Positions 1-8,420 of a stretch of 64,000 nt of DNA are shown piece after piece. A program made the position numbers and the translations under genes. Where the stretch lies: contig CAZLFV010000004.1 of the NCBI GenBank assembly GCA_964558915.1, positions 643 to 64,642 on the forward strand, read 5' to 3'. A model generated the notes under the pieces. That model did not search any database, was not told where the DNA came from, and saw only the letters and a program-made list of their open reading frames with translations. The stretch is from an uncultured Eubacteriales bacterium (GTDB taxonomy: Bacteria; Acidobacteriota; Aminicenantia; Aminicenantales; UBA8522). The first letter of the stretch is position 1. Each line of letters opens with the position of its first letter.

Positions 1-281
1 CGCCAGCGAAGTACTATCTTTTTCGCTGTCTCCAGAGCGTCGGGGATGAAAAAAAACGGTCCGACCTTTTCACTGTCTGTGGGGCCTTCTTTCCGGAGAT
101 AGGGCAGTCTTTTTTTTCTCCTCAGGTCAAAAAGATCGTACCCGATAATCTCTCCGCCTCTCAGCACGGCTAGGCTCAGGAAGCCATCCAGCCCAATTCC
201 CTGTCTGTTCCATTCTCCAACAAGCTTCCGGAGGAGGCTCGTCTTTCCGGAATGAACCGGACCCGTGAGTACGAAGATCAT
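1..281 (-). CDS. P-loop NTPase (THEP1/DUF2478-like); N-terminal 93 codons only, gene continues past the window start
   Basis: Own translation of the minus strand from ATG (rc of 279-281): MIFVLTGPVHSGKTSLLRKLVGEWNRQGIGLDGFLSLAV... Walker A is GPVHSGKT. It is absent from the ORF track because no stop lies inside the window. It sits 61 nt downstream of the secretin gene on the same strand. Confidence 0.6.
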   Translation of the reverse strand, partial: MIFVLTGPVHSGKTSLLRKLVGEWNRQGIGLDGFLSLAVLRGGEIIGYDLFDLRRKKRLPYLRKEGPTDSEKVGPFFFIPDALETAKKIVLRW

Positions 282-342
282 GAGCCAAAAATAAACTAGA
301 AAAACAGAGAAGTCAAAAAGAGCAGATGGGTCTCCTGAATCT

Positions 343-2520
343 TCAGCGGACAGCGACCTTCGAATCCCGGCTTACAAATCTCACGGGCTGGCCCGTCGGA
401 GCGTTGGCAGAAATGCTCGTCACAGCAATGCTTGTCTCTCCTTGAGCCACCGCCTCACAGACAAGAACGGCCAGGCCTCCTCCTCCCTTGAAGCCTCGAT
501 TGACCTGAGGGCTGGAGAGCCCGATCGTGCAGCTTCCTCCGGGATTGTTCACATTCTTCAGGAACGGGGCCTTCCCTCCCATCTGCCGGGTCAGGTCGCC
601 TTCGATGACGTCCTTGAGTTTGATGACCTGGGGGTTAAAACTTAAGTTCAGCGACAGGTTGCCGACTTCCTGCTGCGTTCTTAAGTTGACGCTAACCCGA
701 AACTCCCTTCCCTGAGGGACCTCAAAACTCGCTGGGTCAAGGGAGATTTGGTTAGCCCCGGGCTCCTCGCTGGGCTGCTCCGCCGGCTCTTCCTCTACCC
801 CCGTTATCTCTCTTTTTTCCCCGATTCCCTCGGATACGAGGATCCCTTCTCCGGGAGCGCGTTCTTCTTTTCCTGCCGTACTTACGCCCTCGAGCTGAAC
901 CCAAAGCGGCTTGCGATCCTCGGCCGTTTGGGGAACGGAACGAATGATATAGGGAGTAATGGTCATGATGAGTTCAGTCTTGTCGATGGTCTGGTCGGTT
1001 ACGCCGAAAAGGCTGCCCAGGACGGGAATGCTCGTGAGCCCGGCAATGCCGCGGAGAGATTTTCTCTCTTCATCTCTGAGGAGGCCGGCCAAAAGGTTTG
1101 TCTCTCCATCCTTGAGCCTGAGCGTATTCTTGACTTTTCGGGTGCCGATGATAGGGATATCCGCGTACCCGCTCCCGGCTATATTGGTAATCTCCAGTTC
1201 GATCTCTAGGGTGATTTCGCCCTCGATGTGAATCTTCGGCTTAATCTTGATTTTGAACCCGACATCCTGATAAGTAAAGGATGTCACAGGCTGCTGATTG
1301 ACGCCGCCCGCCGCAATGGGAGTAAAAGTCGTCTGAGGAATGGGCACCTGCTGCCCGATCATCGTCTCGATGTCCTCATCGCTGACGCCCCTAAGCCTCG
1401 GCTGCGCCAGGACTTTGGTATCTGCATCGGATGCCAGAAACCTGATGAAGGCCGTCGGCAAGTTGATCTGGTAGCTGCTCGTTTCACCCAAGGCGATCTC
1501 CCCAAGGTTATACCAGCCGGCGTTTGCCTCACCCTCAACTGCCCCGGGTCCAGCGTATCTAAAACCCACGGCCTCGTCGATGTCCAGCCCGATCTGCCTG
1601 AGTTTCTGGCGGGACACTTCCATAATCTCGAGGTCTATGATGATCTCTCCCTTGGGCTTGTCCCATTTTCTGATCAGCTCGGCAGCCAGTTCGAGGTTCG
1701 CCGGCGTATCTCTCACAGTGACCGTGTTAAGGGTTTTATCCACGAAAATATTGGGGGCGCGGTATTGCGTCCGGAGCATCTGTTGCAGGGCGGCAAAAAT
1801 ATCCTGGGCATTGATATTGGACAGGTAAAAGACCATGATGGCGTTCTGCTCGTACTGGATTCTCTTGACCGGCTGGTCGGGAACGATGATGACCGTCCTC
1901 TCATCGATCACGCGGTAAAAATTCTTGCTGGCAAGACAGAGATAGCCCACCGCTTCTTCAAATTCTCTCCCCGAAAGGTCGATGGAGAGGGGCATATCCT
2001 TGAAGAGTTCGTCGAAAATGATGTTGATCTGGGCATGTTTTCCAAGAGCTTGGAAAATCGAGCGCAGGCTGGCTTCAGTGAACTTGAGCTCGATCTTTTC
2101 GGGGCCCACTTTCAGCTTGACCGGGTAGCCCAGCTTCTCCATTTTCAGCGCTTCTTTCGGGGCGGGCTCTTGAAAGGTTCGCCTCATTTCCTCGATAATG
2201 GCTCTATTGGAAGGATCATAAGAAAGCGCCTTCTGGTATTCCTTGGTCGCTTCGTCTTTCTTTCCATCTCGAAAGAGCCTTCTCGCTTCCTGGAGATGGG
2301 ACAAGCTGGCGGAAATCCTCACCCGGGTCAAGGAGAGCTTGTAGGTATAATCCTTCGGGTTTTCGGCAATCGCTTTCTCGTAATAACTGATGGCTTCATC
2401 CCAGTTCCTGTTCACCTCAGCCTGGGCCCCAAGGTTGTAATAATGGGAGCTGAAGCTCGCGCAACTCCAGAACGATAGCGCCGCTATAATTAATATCAAG
2501 CTGCGTTTTCTCATCGTCAT
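343..2520 (-). CDS. Secretin (PilQ/GspD family) with N-terminal TPR module and C-terminal cohesin-like domain
   Basis: 725-aa ORF. Signal peptide with Cys20. TPR-like repeats (WDEAISYYEKAIAENPKDY, ATKEYQKALSYDPSN). STN/N0-like and Secretin_N-like domains (VFYLSNINAQDIFAALQQML..VDKTLNTVTVRDTPANLELAAELIRKWD). Secretin core (TKVLAQPRLRGVSD..LLAGLLRDEERKSLRGIAGLTSIPVLGSLFG). Acidic linker. Last ~135 aa are cohesin-like (ISLDPASFEVPQGREFRVSVNL..LSLNLSFNPQVIKLKDV). Confidence 0.9.
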   Translation of the reverse strand: MTMRKRSLILIIAALSFWSCASFSSHYYNLGAQAEVNRNWDEAISYYEKAIAENPKDYTYKLSLTRVRISASLSHLQEARRLFRDGKKDEATKEYQKALSYDPSNRAIIEEMRRTFQEPAPKEALKMEKLGYPVKLKVGPEKIELKFTEASLRSIFQALGKHAQINIIFDELFKDMPLSIDLSGREFEEAVGYLCLASKNFYRVIDERTVIIVPDQPVKRIQYEQNAIMVFYLSNINAQDIFAALQQMLRTQYRAPNIFVDKTLNTVTVRDTPANLELAAELIRKWDKPKGEIIIDLEIMEVSRQKLRQIGLDIDEAVGFRYAGPGAVEGEANAGWYNLGEIALGETSSYQINLPTAFIRFLASDADTKVLAQPRLRGVSDEDIETMIGQQVPIPQTTFTPIAAGGVNQQPVTSFTYQDVGFKIKIKPKIHIEGEITLEIELEITNIAGSGYADIPIIGTRKVKNTLRLKDGETNLLAGLLRDEERKSLRGIAGLTSIPVLGSLFGVTDQTIDKTELIMTITPYIIRSVPQTAEDRKPLWVQLEGVSTAGKEERAPGEGILVSEGIGEKREITGVEEEPAEQPSEEPGANQISLDPASFEVPQGREFRVSVNLRTQQEVGNLSLNLSFNPQVIKLKDVIEGDLTRQMGGKAPFLKNVNNPGGSCTIGLSSPQVNRGFKGGGGLAVLVCEAVAQGETSIAVTSISANAPTGQPVRFVSRDSKVAVR

Positions 2521-3047
2521 TCTCCTTCTAAGGAAAATTTCCTTGTCGTGGAGTCGGGCATGACGACTTCCAACTCCCGCGGAGTGATTTTTCCGATCCG
2601 AATACCCTCCAATACTACTTCTCCCTCTATTACAGCCATTGGCTGGCCTTCCAGGATGACCAAAGCAGTTATTTTTTGTGAGGACCTGGTATATTCGATA
2701 AAGCCGATGTACCTAAGATTGACATTCAGGGTCGGAGGAGCTTGCGCTTGTTCCCCCTGAGTTTCAACCTGCTCCGAGGCAATTAACGGGGATGGCTCCT
2801 CGATGATCGGCCGCGCCGTGGCTCCAAACGATGGCTCCGGAGAAAATATGTTCCTTTTGGAGACGACAGGCGCGTCTCTCTGGACGCGGAGCAAGTCCAT
2901 CCTGATGAGACTCATTTTTGACCTTTCCCTGGAGGAGTTTTGGGCCGAGGGGAGAGCAACCGCCCCCGCGCCAACTCGGCCAACCCAGATAAAAACCCAA
3001 ACGACCGCCAGAATCTTAGATACTCTCATAGTATCCCGCCAGAACAA
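2517..3047 (-). CDS. PilP/GspC-like periplasmic pilus-assembly component (hypothetical)
   Basis: 176 aa. N-terminal membrane anchor (MRVSKILAVVWVFIWVG; the start may be Met7 at 3029). C-terminal beta-rich segment LRYIGFI..ALVILEGQPMAVIEGEVV is typical of PilP/GspC HR domains. The position between the PilO-like gene and the secretin, with 4-nt overlap to the secretin, supports the call. Confidence 0.5.
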   Translation of the reverse strand: MFWRDTMRVSKILAVVWVFIWVGRVGAGAVALPSAQNSSRERSKMSLIRMDLLRVQRDAPVVSKRNIFSPEPSFGATARPIIEEPSPLIASEQVETQGEQAQAPPTLNVNLRYIGFIEYTRSSQKITALVILEGQPMAVIEGEVVLEGIRIGKITPRELEVVMPDSTTRKFSLEGE

Positions 3048-3579
3048 CCCTGAGTTCGAGGACGTTTCCGCCGGCGCTGACCTTTATAAAGTCGATTTTC
3101 TCGAGGACAAGGAATTTCGGAAATCGTTCGACCGTGTCGAGGAATCTCTTAAGAATAGGATAGGATCCGGTAAAGGTAAAAGTGACATTGACCCGCCTAA
3201 AGCTCCCCTTTTCTAGGTTCATGTAGTTATACCGAATGGAGCGCAGGGCGATTCCGGATTCGGCCAGAATTTTTTGGAGGTCCACTCGGAGTTCGTTGAG
3301 GCCCTCAGTCTCTTTAAAAAAGTACCTTTTTTTCAGTTCGGCCATATCCTGCTCTGCCTGCTCCCATCTCGAGCATTCCTCAGCGCTGGCGCTTAGGGAT
3401 CCGGTCGCTTCGGAGGCGACTTTCTCCCTGACCTGGAGATCGCTTTCCAAACCAAGATACCGGCGCCGCTGACCCAGGGAGAAGAACACGAAAAAGGCCA
3501 GGACAAGAAGAAAGGCAAGGGCCAACACACGGAGAAGCCTTTTCTCGTTTTCGTTCAAAACGCTAAATATTTCTATCAT
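3016..3579 (-). CDS. PilO/GspM-like inner-membrane assembly protein
   Basis: 187 aa. A single N-terminal TM (LLRVLALAFLLVLAFFVFFSL) is followed by a coiled-coil and an alpha/beta C-terminal domain. Operon position is after the PilN-like gene. Confidence 0.55.
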   Translation of the reverse strand: MIEIFSVLNENEKRLLRVLALAFLLVLAFFVFFSLGQRRRYLGLESDLQVREKVASEATGSLSASAEECSRWEQAEQDMAELKKRYFFKETEGLNELRVDLQKILAESGIALRSIRYNYMNLEKGSFRRVNVTFTFTGSYPILKRFLDTVERFPKFLVLEKIDFIKVSAGGNVLELRVVLAGYYESI

Positions 3580-4120
3580 AGCTGACTGTGATTTCCGAAG
3601 TCAGTTGACCCTGTTCATTTCTCTCTTCGCTTTCCACCAGGGGCAGACTGAAGTTCTGGGCCTGAAGATTACTGATCAGTTTGAGAAGGTCATCCAGGCT
3701 TTCGGAGACGACCTTAAACCGAACCTGGACTCGGGAATCGTCGACGAGCGTGGGGGCCAAGGAGAGAATATAGCTTGGGCCGGGAAGGCAGTCTTCGAGC
3801 CGGGAAAAAAATCCGGTCCAGGAAAAGCTCTTCTTCAGGATAATGCGGTTGATCAGGTCAATTTTATCTTTGTCCCGACTCGCGGCCTCCTTGCTCTTGG
3901 CCACAAGCCGTGTCCTCTCTTTTTGATCCGCGAGGATGGCCTCATTGACTTTTTTAAGAGAGATTTTGACCGTTCTTTTCTTCACGTTGAAATGGAAAAA
4001 AAGGACAGCGGAAAAAAGGGCTAAAACAAGAAGCGCGGTTCCGACAAAGCCCGCCAGGACAAGAAAGAGCCTCCTGTTGCGCAAAGGGGAGGCCGCCAAG
4101 TTCAGATGAATTCGTTTCAT
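3563..4120 (-). CDS. PilN-like inner-membrane assembly protein
   Basis: 185 aa. N-terminus MKRIHLNLAASPLRNRR followed by a TM (LFLVLAGFVGTALLVLALFSAVLFF), which is the PilN-type architecture. 4-nt overlap with the upstream PilM-like gene. Confidence 0.6.
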   Translation of the reverse strand: MKRIHLNLAASPLRNRRLFLVLAGFVGTALLVLALFSAVLFFHFNVKKRTVKISLKKVNEAILADQKERTRLVAKSKEAASRDKDKIDLINRIILKKSFSWTGFFSRLEDCLPGPSYILSLAPTLVDDSRVQVRFKVVSESLDDLLKLISNLQAQNFSLPLVESEERNEQGQLTSEITVSYDRNI

Positions 4121-5070
4121 GGAATCTGCCCGGCAAGGGGCATGAGGATCTCTCGATCCGAAGACCGAACCTCAGCCAGGAGGGGAGACTCGATTGCCCT
4201 GATGGCCAGCGAGAACCTATTGGCTAATTGAGAAATGACCTCCTCCTGCCCCCCACCTAAACTTGAGCGCAACCAGAGGGAGCGAACCTTGCGCTTTTCT
4301 TTATCTTCGATAAAATGAACTGTATTTTCAATTTCCTTTGCTACCATCTCGATTTTTTGCTTCGCCTGAACCAGATTTAGGGGTTCAACGGCAAAAGGCT
4401 TGAAACGATAAAGCATCAGTTCGGATTGCGTGACGGCCGCAAGACTGAATGAATCCTCCTCAATGTTAGCCGCCATGAAGTCTTTCTCGATTTCCCAATC
4501 GACGAGGTTGAGAAGACTCAGAGAGGGGCTCGTCATGATCCCGACGTCAAGGCCAAGGCCGGCAAATAAATCTTCATATTCCTGGAGAACAGCTGTTTTG
4601 GCCAAGGAAACAACCACCTTGACCGAAGAGCTCGAAGTCATGACTTGATAGGAAAGGCGGTTCTCTTCTGGCAGAACGGGCATTTGTTTCTTGATCCGCC
4701 AGCGAAGGAGCTTCTCTCTTTCCCGCTCCGACGGAGGAAAGGACTCAAAGGAAAGGATAAAAACCTTCTGGCAGGCTTCCGGGATAAGGGCTGCCGCACT
4801 CTCCCTGGAGAACTTGAGCCCCTTCAGTCCCTTTTTTATGAGCCCGAGCAGAGTGGCCGCATCAGACATGTTCTTGCGGTCGAAATGCGGCTCGACAAGC
4901 CCTGCTGGCAAAGTCAGGGTCAAATGCTGTTTGATTGTTTTTTCCCTGACCGCGAGATGAATTGCGCTGATATAAGATGAAGACACTTGGACCACCACCT
5001 GGGGACAGGGGGGCACCGTGAGGTAATTCTTCAGTTTCTTTATGAGTTGAGCCATGCGTTCATTCGACAA
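4117..5070 (-). CDS. PilM-like actin-fold assembly protein
   Basis: 317 aa cytoplasmic protein. The VVVQVSSSYISAIHL segment resembles the PilM GIDIGSSSIK phosphate-1 region. Operon position is before the PilN/O-like genes. Confidence 0.6.
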   Translation of the reverse strand: MSNERMAQLIKKLKNYLTVPPCPQVVVQVSSSYISAIHLAVREKTIKQHLTLTLPAGLVEPHFDRKNMSDAATLLGLIKKGLKGLKFSRESAAALIPEACQKVFILSFESFPPSEREREKLLRWRIKKQMPVLPEENRLSYQVMTSSSSVKVVVSLAKTAVLQEYEDLFAGLGLDVGIMTSPSLSLLNLVDWEIEKDFMAANIEEDSFSLAAVTQSELMLYRFKPFAVEPLNLVQAKQKIEMVAKEIENTVHFIEDKEKRKVRSLWLRSSLGGGQEEVISQLANRFSLAIRAIESPLLAEVRSSDREILMPLAGQIP

Positions 5071-6670
5071 AAGTCACTTTGTTCAACTCTTTGAGACTGG
5101 TCACCCCGCCGAGCACTTTTTCCAGTCCCACCTCTCTCAGGAAGACAATGCCCTCGTCCTTGGCCCTTTTTTTCACCTCCGAGAGCGGCTTCCTCTCCAA
5201 GATCATTTCCCTGATCACGTCGGATAATTCCAGGAGCTCGGCGATAGCCGTTCTTCCCTGGTAACCCGTAAGATTGCAGTCGGAACAGCCTCGGGCTTCA
5301 TAGAATACCTGTTTCCTGTAGATGTCCGGCACCAAACCGGATTCGAGGAGCTGGTCGTCCCTGTATTTCACGGGATCTTTGCATCTCGGGCAAAGCACTC
5401 TCACCAGGCGTTGGGCCAGTATGCAGTTCAGGGCTGAAATGAAACTATAAGGGTCGACCTGCATGTGCAGAAAACGACCGATCACATCAAAGACGTTATT
5501 GGCGTGGACAGTGGTGAAGACAAGATGGCCCGTCAGAGCGGATTGGATGGCGATCTGGGCTGTTTCCGGGTCTCTGATCTCCCCCACCATGATCTTGTCG
5601 GGGTCATGCCTCAGGATGGACCTCAGCCCGCGAGCAAAGGTGAGCCCCTTTTTTTCGTTCACCGGGATCTGCGTGATGCCGTCGATCTGGTACTCGACCG
5701 GGTCTTCGATGGTGATGATTTTGTCCTCCGGCGATTTGATCTCCGTCAGTGCGGCGTACAGAGAGGTTGTCTTCCCGCTTCCCGTCGGCCCCGTGACGAG
5801 GATCATCCCGTAGGGCTGGGTGATGTACCGACGGAATTTTCGAAGCACATTGTCAGAAAAACCGAGGAGGTCCAGCTTTAACTCGGATATGGCCTCAGTA
5901 ATCATCTCCTTATCGAGGATGCGGATGACCGCATCCTCGCCATAGATGCTCGGCATGATAGAAACGCGGAAATCGATCGTCTTATCTTTGATCTTGAGCC
6001 GGAATCGTCCGTCCTGAGGGACGCGCCGTTCGGCAATATCCAGGTCGGACATGACCTTGATGCGGGAAATGATCGGCGACTGGAACTTCTTGTCAATCGG
6101 CTCCATCGCCTCATTCAGAACGCCGTCAATGCGGTACTTGATTTTGACTCCGTCTTCTCTGGACTCCACGTGGACATCGCTGGCCCTCTTCTGCACGGCC
6201 GTAAAAATGATGGTGTTGACCAATTTGATGATCGAACCATCCTGGTCAGCCAGTTTCTCCAGCGAAATGACCTCCTCCTCTTCTCCGCTCTCTTTCTCAA
6301 CCACCTGGACGATGAAACCTTCCGTGGCGTCCTTGAGGACCTGGAGGGCTGTTTCACTTTTGCGCAGGGCTTCCTGAATGGCCCATTTGGAAGCGGCATA
6401 AACCTGGACTTTTTTCCCCAGATAGGACTCGATCGAGTCGATCGTCCCGATGTCCGAAGGGTCGGCGATGGCAATTTTGAGGGAATTGTCATTCTCCTCC
6501 AGCGGAATGAAATTGGCCCGGTACAAAAACTCGGGAGGGAAAGACTGGACGAGGTCCCGGTTGACAGCGTGAGCCGAGAGATCGATATAAGGGACGTTGT
6601 ATCTTTCCGCGAGTTTCTTGGTTTCCGTTTCTTCGGCGAGGCTGATTCTTTTAGCGTCCTCTTTCTTCAT
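5060..6670 (-). CDS. GspE/PilB-family secretion ATPase (type IV pilus / T2SS assembly ATPase)
   Basis: 536 aa. N-terminal T2SSE_N/MshEN-like domain (LAERYNVPYIDLSAH..). Walker A GPTGSGKTT. Asp/His boxes. Tetracysteine CPRC..CSDC motif. Confidence 0.92.
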   Translation of the reverse strand: MKKEDAKRISLAEETETKKLAERYNVPYIDLSAHAVNRDLVQSFPPEFLYRANFIPLEENDNSLKIAIADPSDIGTIDSIESYLGKKVQVYAASKWAIQEALRKSETALQVLKDATEGFIVQVVEKESGEEEEVISLEKLADQDGSIIKLVNTIIFTAVQKRASDVHVESREDGVKIKYRIDGVLNEAMEPIDKKFQSPIISRIKVMSDLDIAERRVPQDGRFRLKIKDKTIDFRVSIMPSIYGEDAVIRILDKEMITEAISELKLDLLGFSDNVLRKFRRYITQPYGMILVTGPTGSGKTTSLYAALTEIKSPEDKIITIEDPVEYQIDGITQIPVNEKKGLTFARGLRSILRHDPDKIMVGEIRDPETAQIAIQSALTGHLVFTTVHANNVFDVIGRFLHMQVDPYSFISALNCILAQRLVRVLCPRCKDPVKYRDDQLLESGLVPDIYRKQVFYEARGCSDCNLTGYQGRTAIAELLELSDVIREMILERKPLSEVKKRAKDEGIVFLREVGLEKVLGGVTSLKELNKVTFVE

Positions 6671-6672
6671 GT

Positions 6673-7881
6673 TTATCTCGTGACTCTGATAATATTAAAA
6701 ATGGGAAGATAGACGGCCAGCAACATCAAGGCGACGAGGAGCCCCATGAAGATGATAATGACCGGTTCTATTAACGAGACAAACGTGTCGATTCTGGCTT
6801 GGATTTTTTCGTTATGGACATCGGCGACTTCCCTGAGCATGCCGTGCAAATTGGCCGAATTTTCTCCAATGCGCACCATATCGATGGCCAACTGGCTAAA
6901 AAAACCGGTCCGTCCCAAGGAATCAGATAGACTGCCTCCGTTCCTGATGTCATCCGGAACATGGCGCGTCCGTCTGGCCAGAAACTTGTTCGGAATGGCT
7001 TGAGAGGCGATGGGAAGGGCCTGGAGCAACGTGATGCCCGCCTCCAAGAGAAGTCCGAGAGTCCGGCTGAAGAGAGAAATGGCCGTTTCTGTCCAGACCG
7101 CCCGGGCATAGGGAATCTTGAGCTTGAGCCGATTCAGGAAGATATTCGTTTTCTCGTTCTTCTTAAGTTGCCCAAGGACCAGGATAAGGACGATCAGCAA
7201 GACAATCGCATAGGGCGTCAGTATTCTCAGGACTCCGGCAAAGCCGATCAGCAGACGAGTTATGCCAGGAAGCTGGGCCTCGAAATCCGTATAAAACCCG
7301 GAAAAACGTGGCAAAACAAAATTGACCAGAACGGCCATCAAAATCAGGGAGAAGACCAGGAGGAGCGTGGGATAGATGAGGGCAGCCCTGATCCGGGCCT
7401 TTGTCTGGGCAATCACTCGGGCGTAGTCGATATACCGCCCGATCAATCCAGGTAAATTCCCGCTTTGCTCTCCAGCCAAGAGAGAGGCGGTATAAACCTT
7501 GCCAAAATCCTTCTCAAACGGGCCGAAGGCTTCCGAAAGCGACTTGCCGCCCCGAATCTCTGCTTTCACCTTTACGAACATTTCCCTAAGATGGACATTC
7601 TTCGTCCGGCTGGCGATCAGCTCGATGCTCTTGAGGATAGGATAGCCAGCCCGGAGAAGAGCCATGAGCTCCTGATTAAACAGGATAAAGTCTTTGTCTT
7701 TGACTTTCTTCTCAAACGGAAGGGCCGGGAAAGGCAATTTTTTCCAGTCTTTCTTGACGGACAGGACGCAAAATCCTTCCGACTCAAAGTGCTTCCGGCA
7801 TTCCTCGACTGAGGGGGCCAGAAAAGACTGGTTAAGATAGCGACCGTCCTCGGTGGCCAAGCGGCAGAGGAAATAGGGCAT
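6673..7881 (-). CDS. GspF/PilC-family platform protein
   Basis: Two T2SSF repeats and three TM segments. The track ORF starts at a TTG (7893). I prefer the ATG at 7881 (MPYFLCRLATEDGRYL..), a typical PilC N-terminus. Confidence 0.9.
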   Translation of the reverse strand: MPYFLCRLATEDGRYLNQSFLAPSVEECRKHFESEGFCVLSVKKDWKKLPFPALPFEKKVKDKDFILFNQELMALLRAGYPILKSIELIASRTKNVHLREMFVKVKAEIRGGKSLSEAFGPFEKDFGKVYTASLLAGEQSGNLPGLIGRYIDYARVIAQTKARIRAALIYPTLLLVFSLILMAVLVNFVLPRFSGFYTDFEAQLPGITRLLIGFAGVLRILTPYAIVLLIVLILVLGQLKKNEKTNIFLNRLKLKIPYARAVWTETAISLFSRTLGLLLEAGITLLQALPIASQAIPNKFLARRTRHVPDDIRNGGSLSDSLGRTGFFSQLAIDMVRIGENSANLHGMLREVADVHNEKIQARIDTFVSLIEPVIIIFMGLLVALMLLAVYLPIFNIIRVTR

Positions 7882-7930
7882 TTTATATATCAACCGACTT
7901 TTTCGTCAATTTTGAGTCAATGACACGTTC

Positions 7931-7959
7931 ATATTAGGTTATCCAACCGGCTTTGTCAA
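7931..7959 (-). promoter_or_regulatory. sigma-70-type promoter for the pilus/T2SS-like operon
   Basis: The minus strand reads TTGACA (rc of 7954-7959), a 17-nt spacer, then TAATAT (rc of 7931-7936), about 45 nt upstream of the ATG at 7881. Confidence 0.45.
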
Positions 7960-8069
7960 ATACGCCAAACCGGGACTTCTTCCCTCAAACCAAACCTTCC
8001 CCCTTGATTTTAGTCCATTCAGGCCTCTGGAAGTTGACAAAATATGGCAAAAGAATTATTTTAAAAGCA

Positions 8070-8363
8070 ATGAAGAGAAAGCTTCTCGCGGGGACGGTCT
8101 TCGTTTTGCTGACTCTTTCTGTTTTCTTGTCCCGGTCTCAAGAAACTCGGCCCCCGGAGCAGACAAATCCTCCTCCAGAATCCGTCCCGGCTCCCCCCGA
8201 AGAATACCCGGCCAAGCAACCAAAATACGATTACATGAGCTCCTTTTTTTCAAGAAACACTAAACCTTTGGGACTCAAAGAAGATCAAGCATTGAAAAAA
8301 CTGCTGCGGCAAAGAGGAATCATCTGGGCGGTTAGGACGCAAGTCAGGCATATCCTGGATTAG
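8070..8363 (+). CDS. hypothetical small secreted Pro-rich protein
   Basis: The internal ATG at 8070 gives MKRKLLAGTVFVLLTLSVFLSRSQE (signal peptide), then a PPEQTNPPPESVPAPPEEYP stretch. No recognisable domain. Not a type IV pilin (no G/FTLIE motif). Confidence 0.4.
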   Translation: MKRKLLAGTVFVLLTLSVFLSRSQETRPPEQTNPPPESVPAPPEEYPAKQPKYDYMSSFFSRNTKPLGLKEDQALKKLLRQRGIIWAVRTQVRHILD

Positions 8364-8420
8364 GAATGAGGCCTCAATATTTTTTTCCAAGATTGATTCA
8401 TTTTTTTGGATTTCTCGCTT

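Noticed and set aside
1228-2478. 416-aa plus-strand ORF
   Set aside because: It is entirely antisense to the secretin gene, whose translation has unmistakable family motifs. The antisense product is low-complexity (R/L/G/P-rich) with no motif. Long stop-free antisense frames recur throughout this window.
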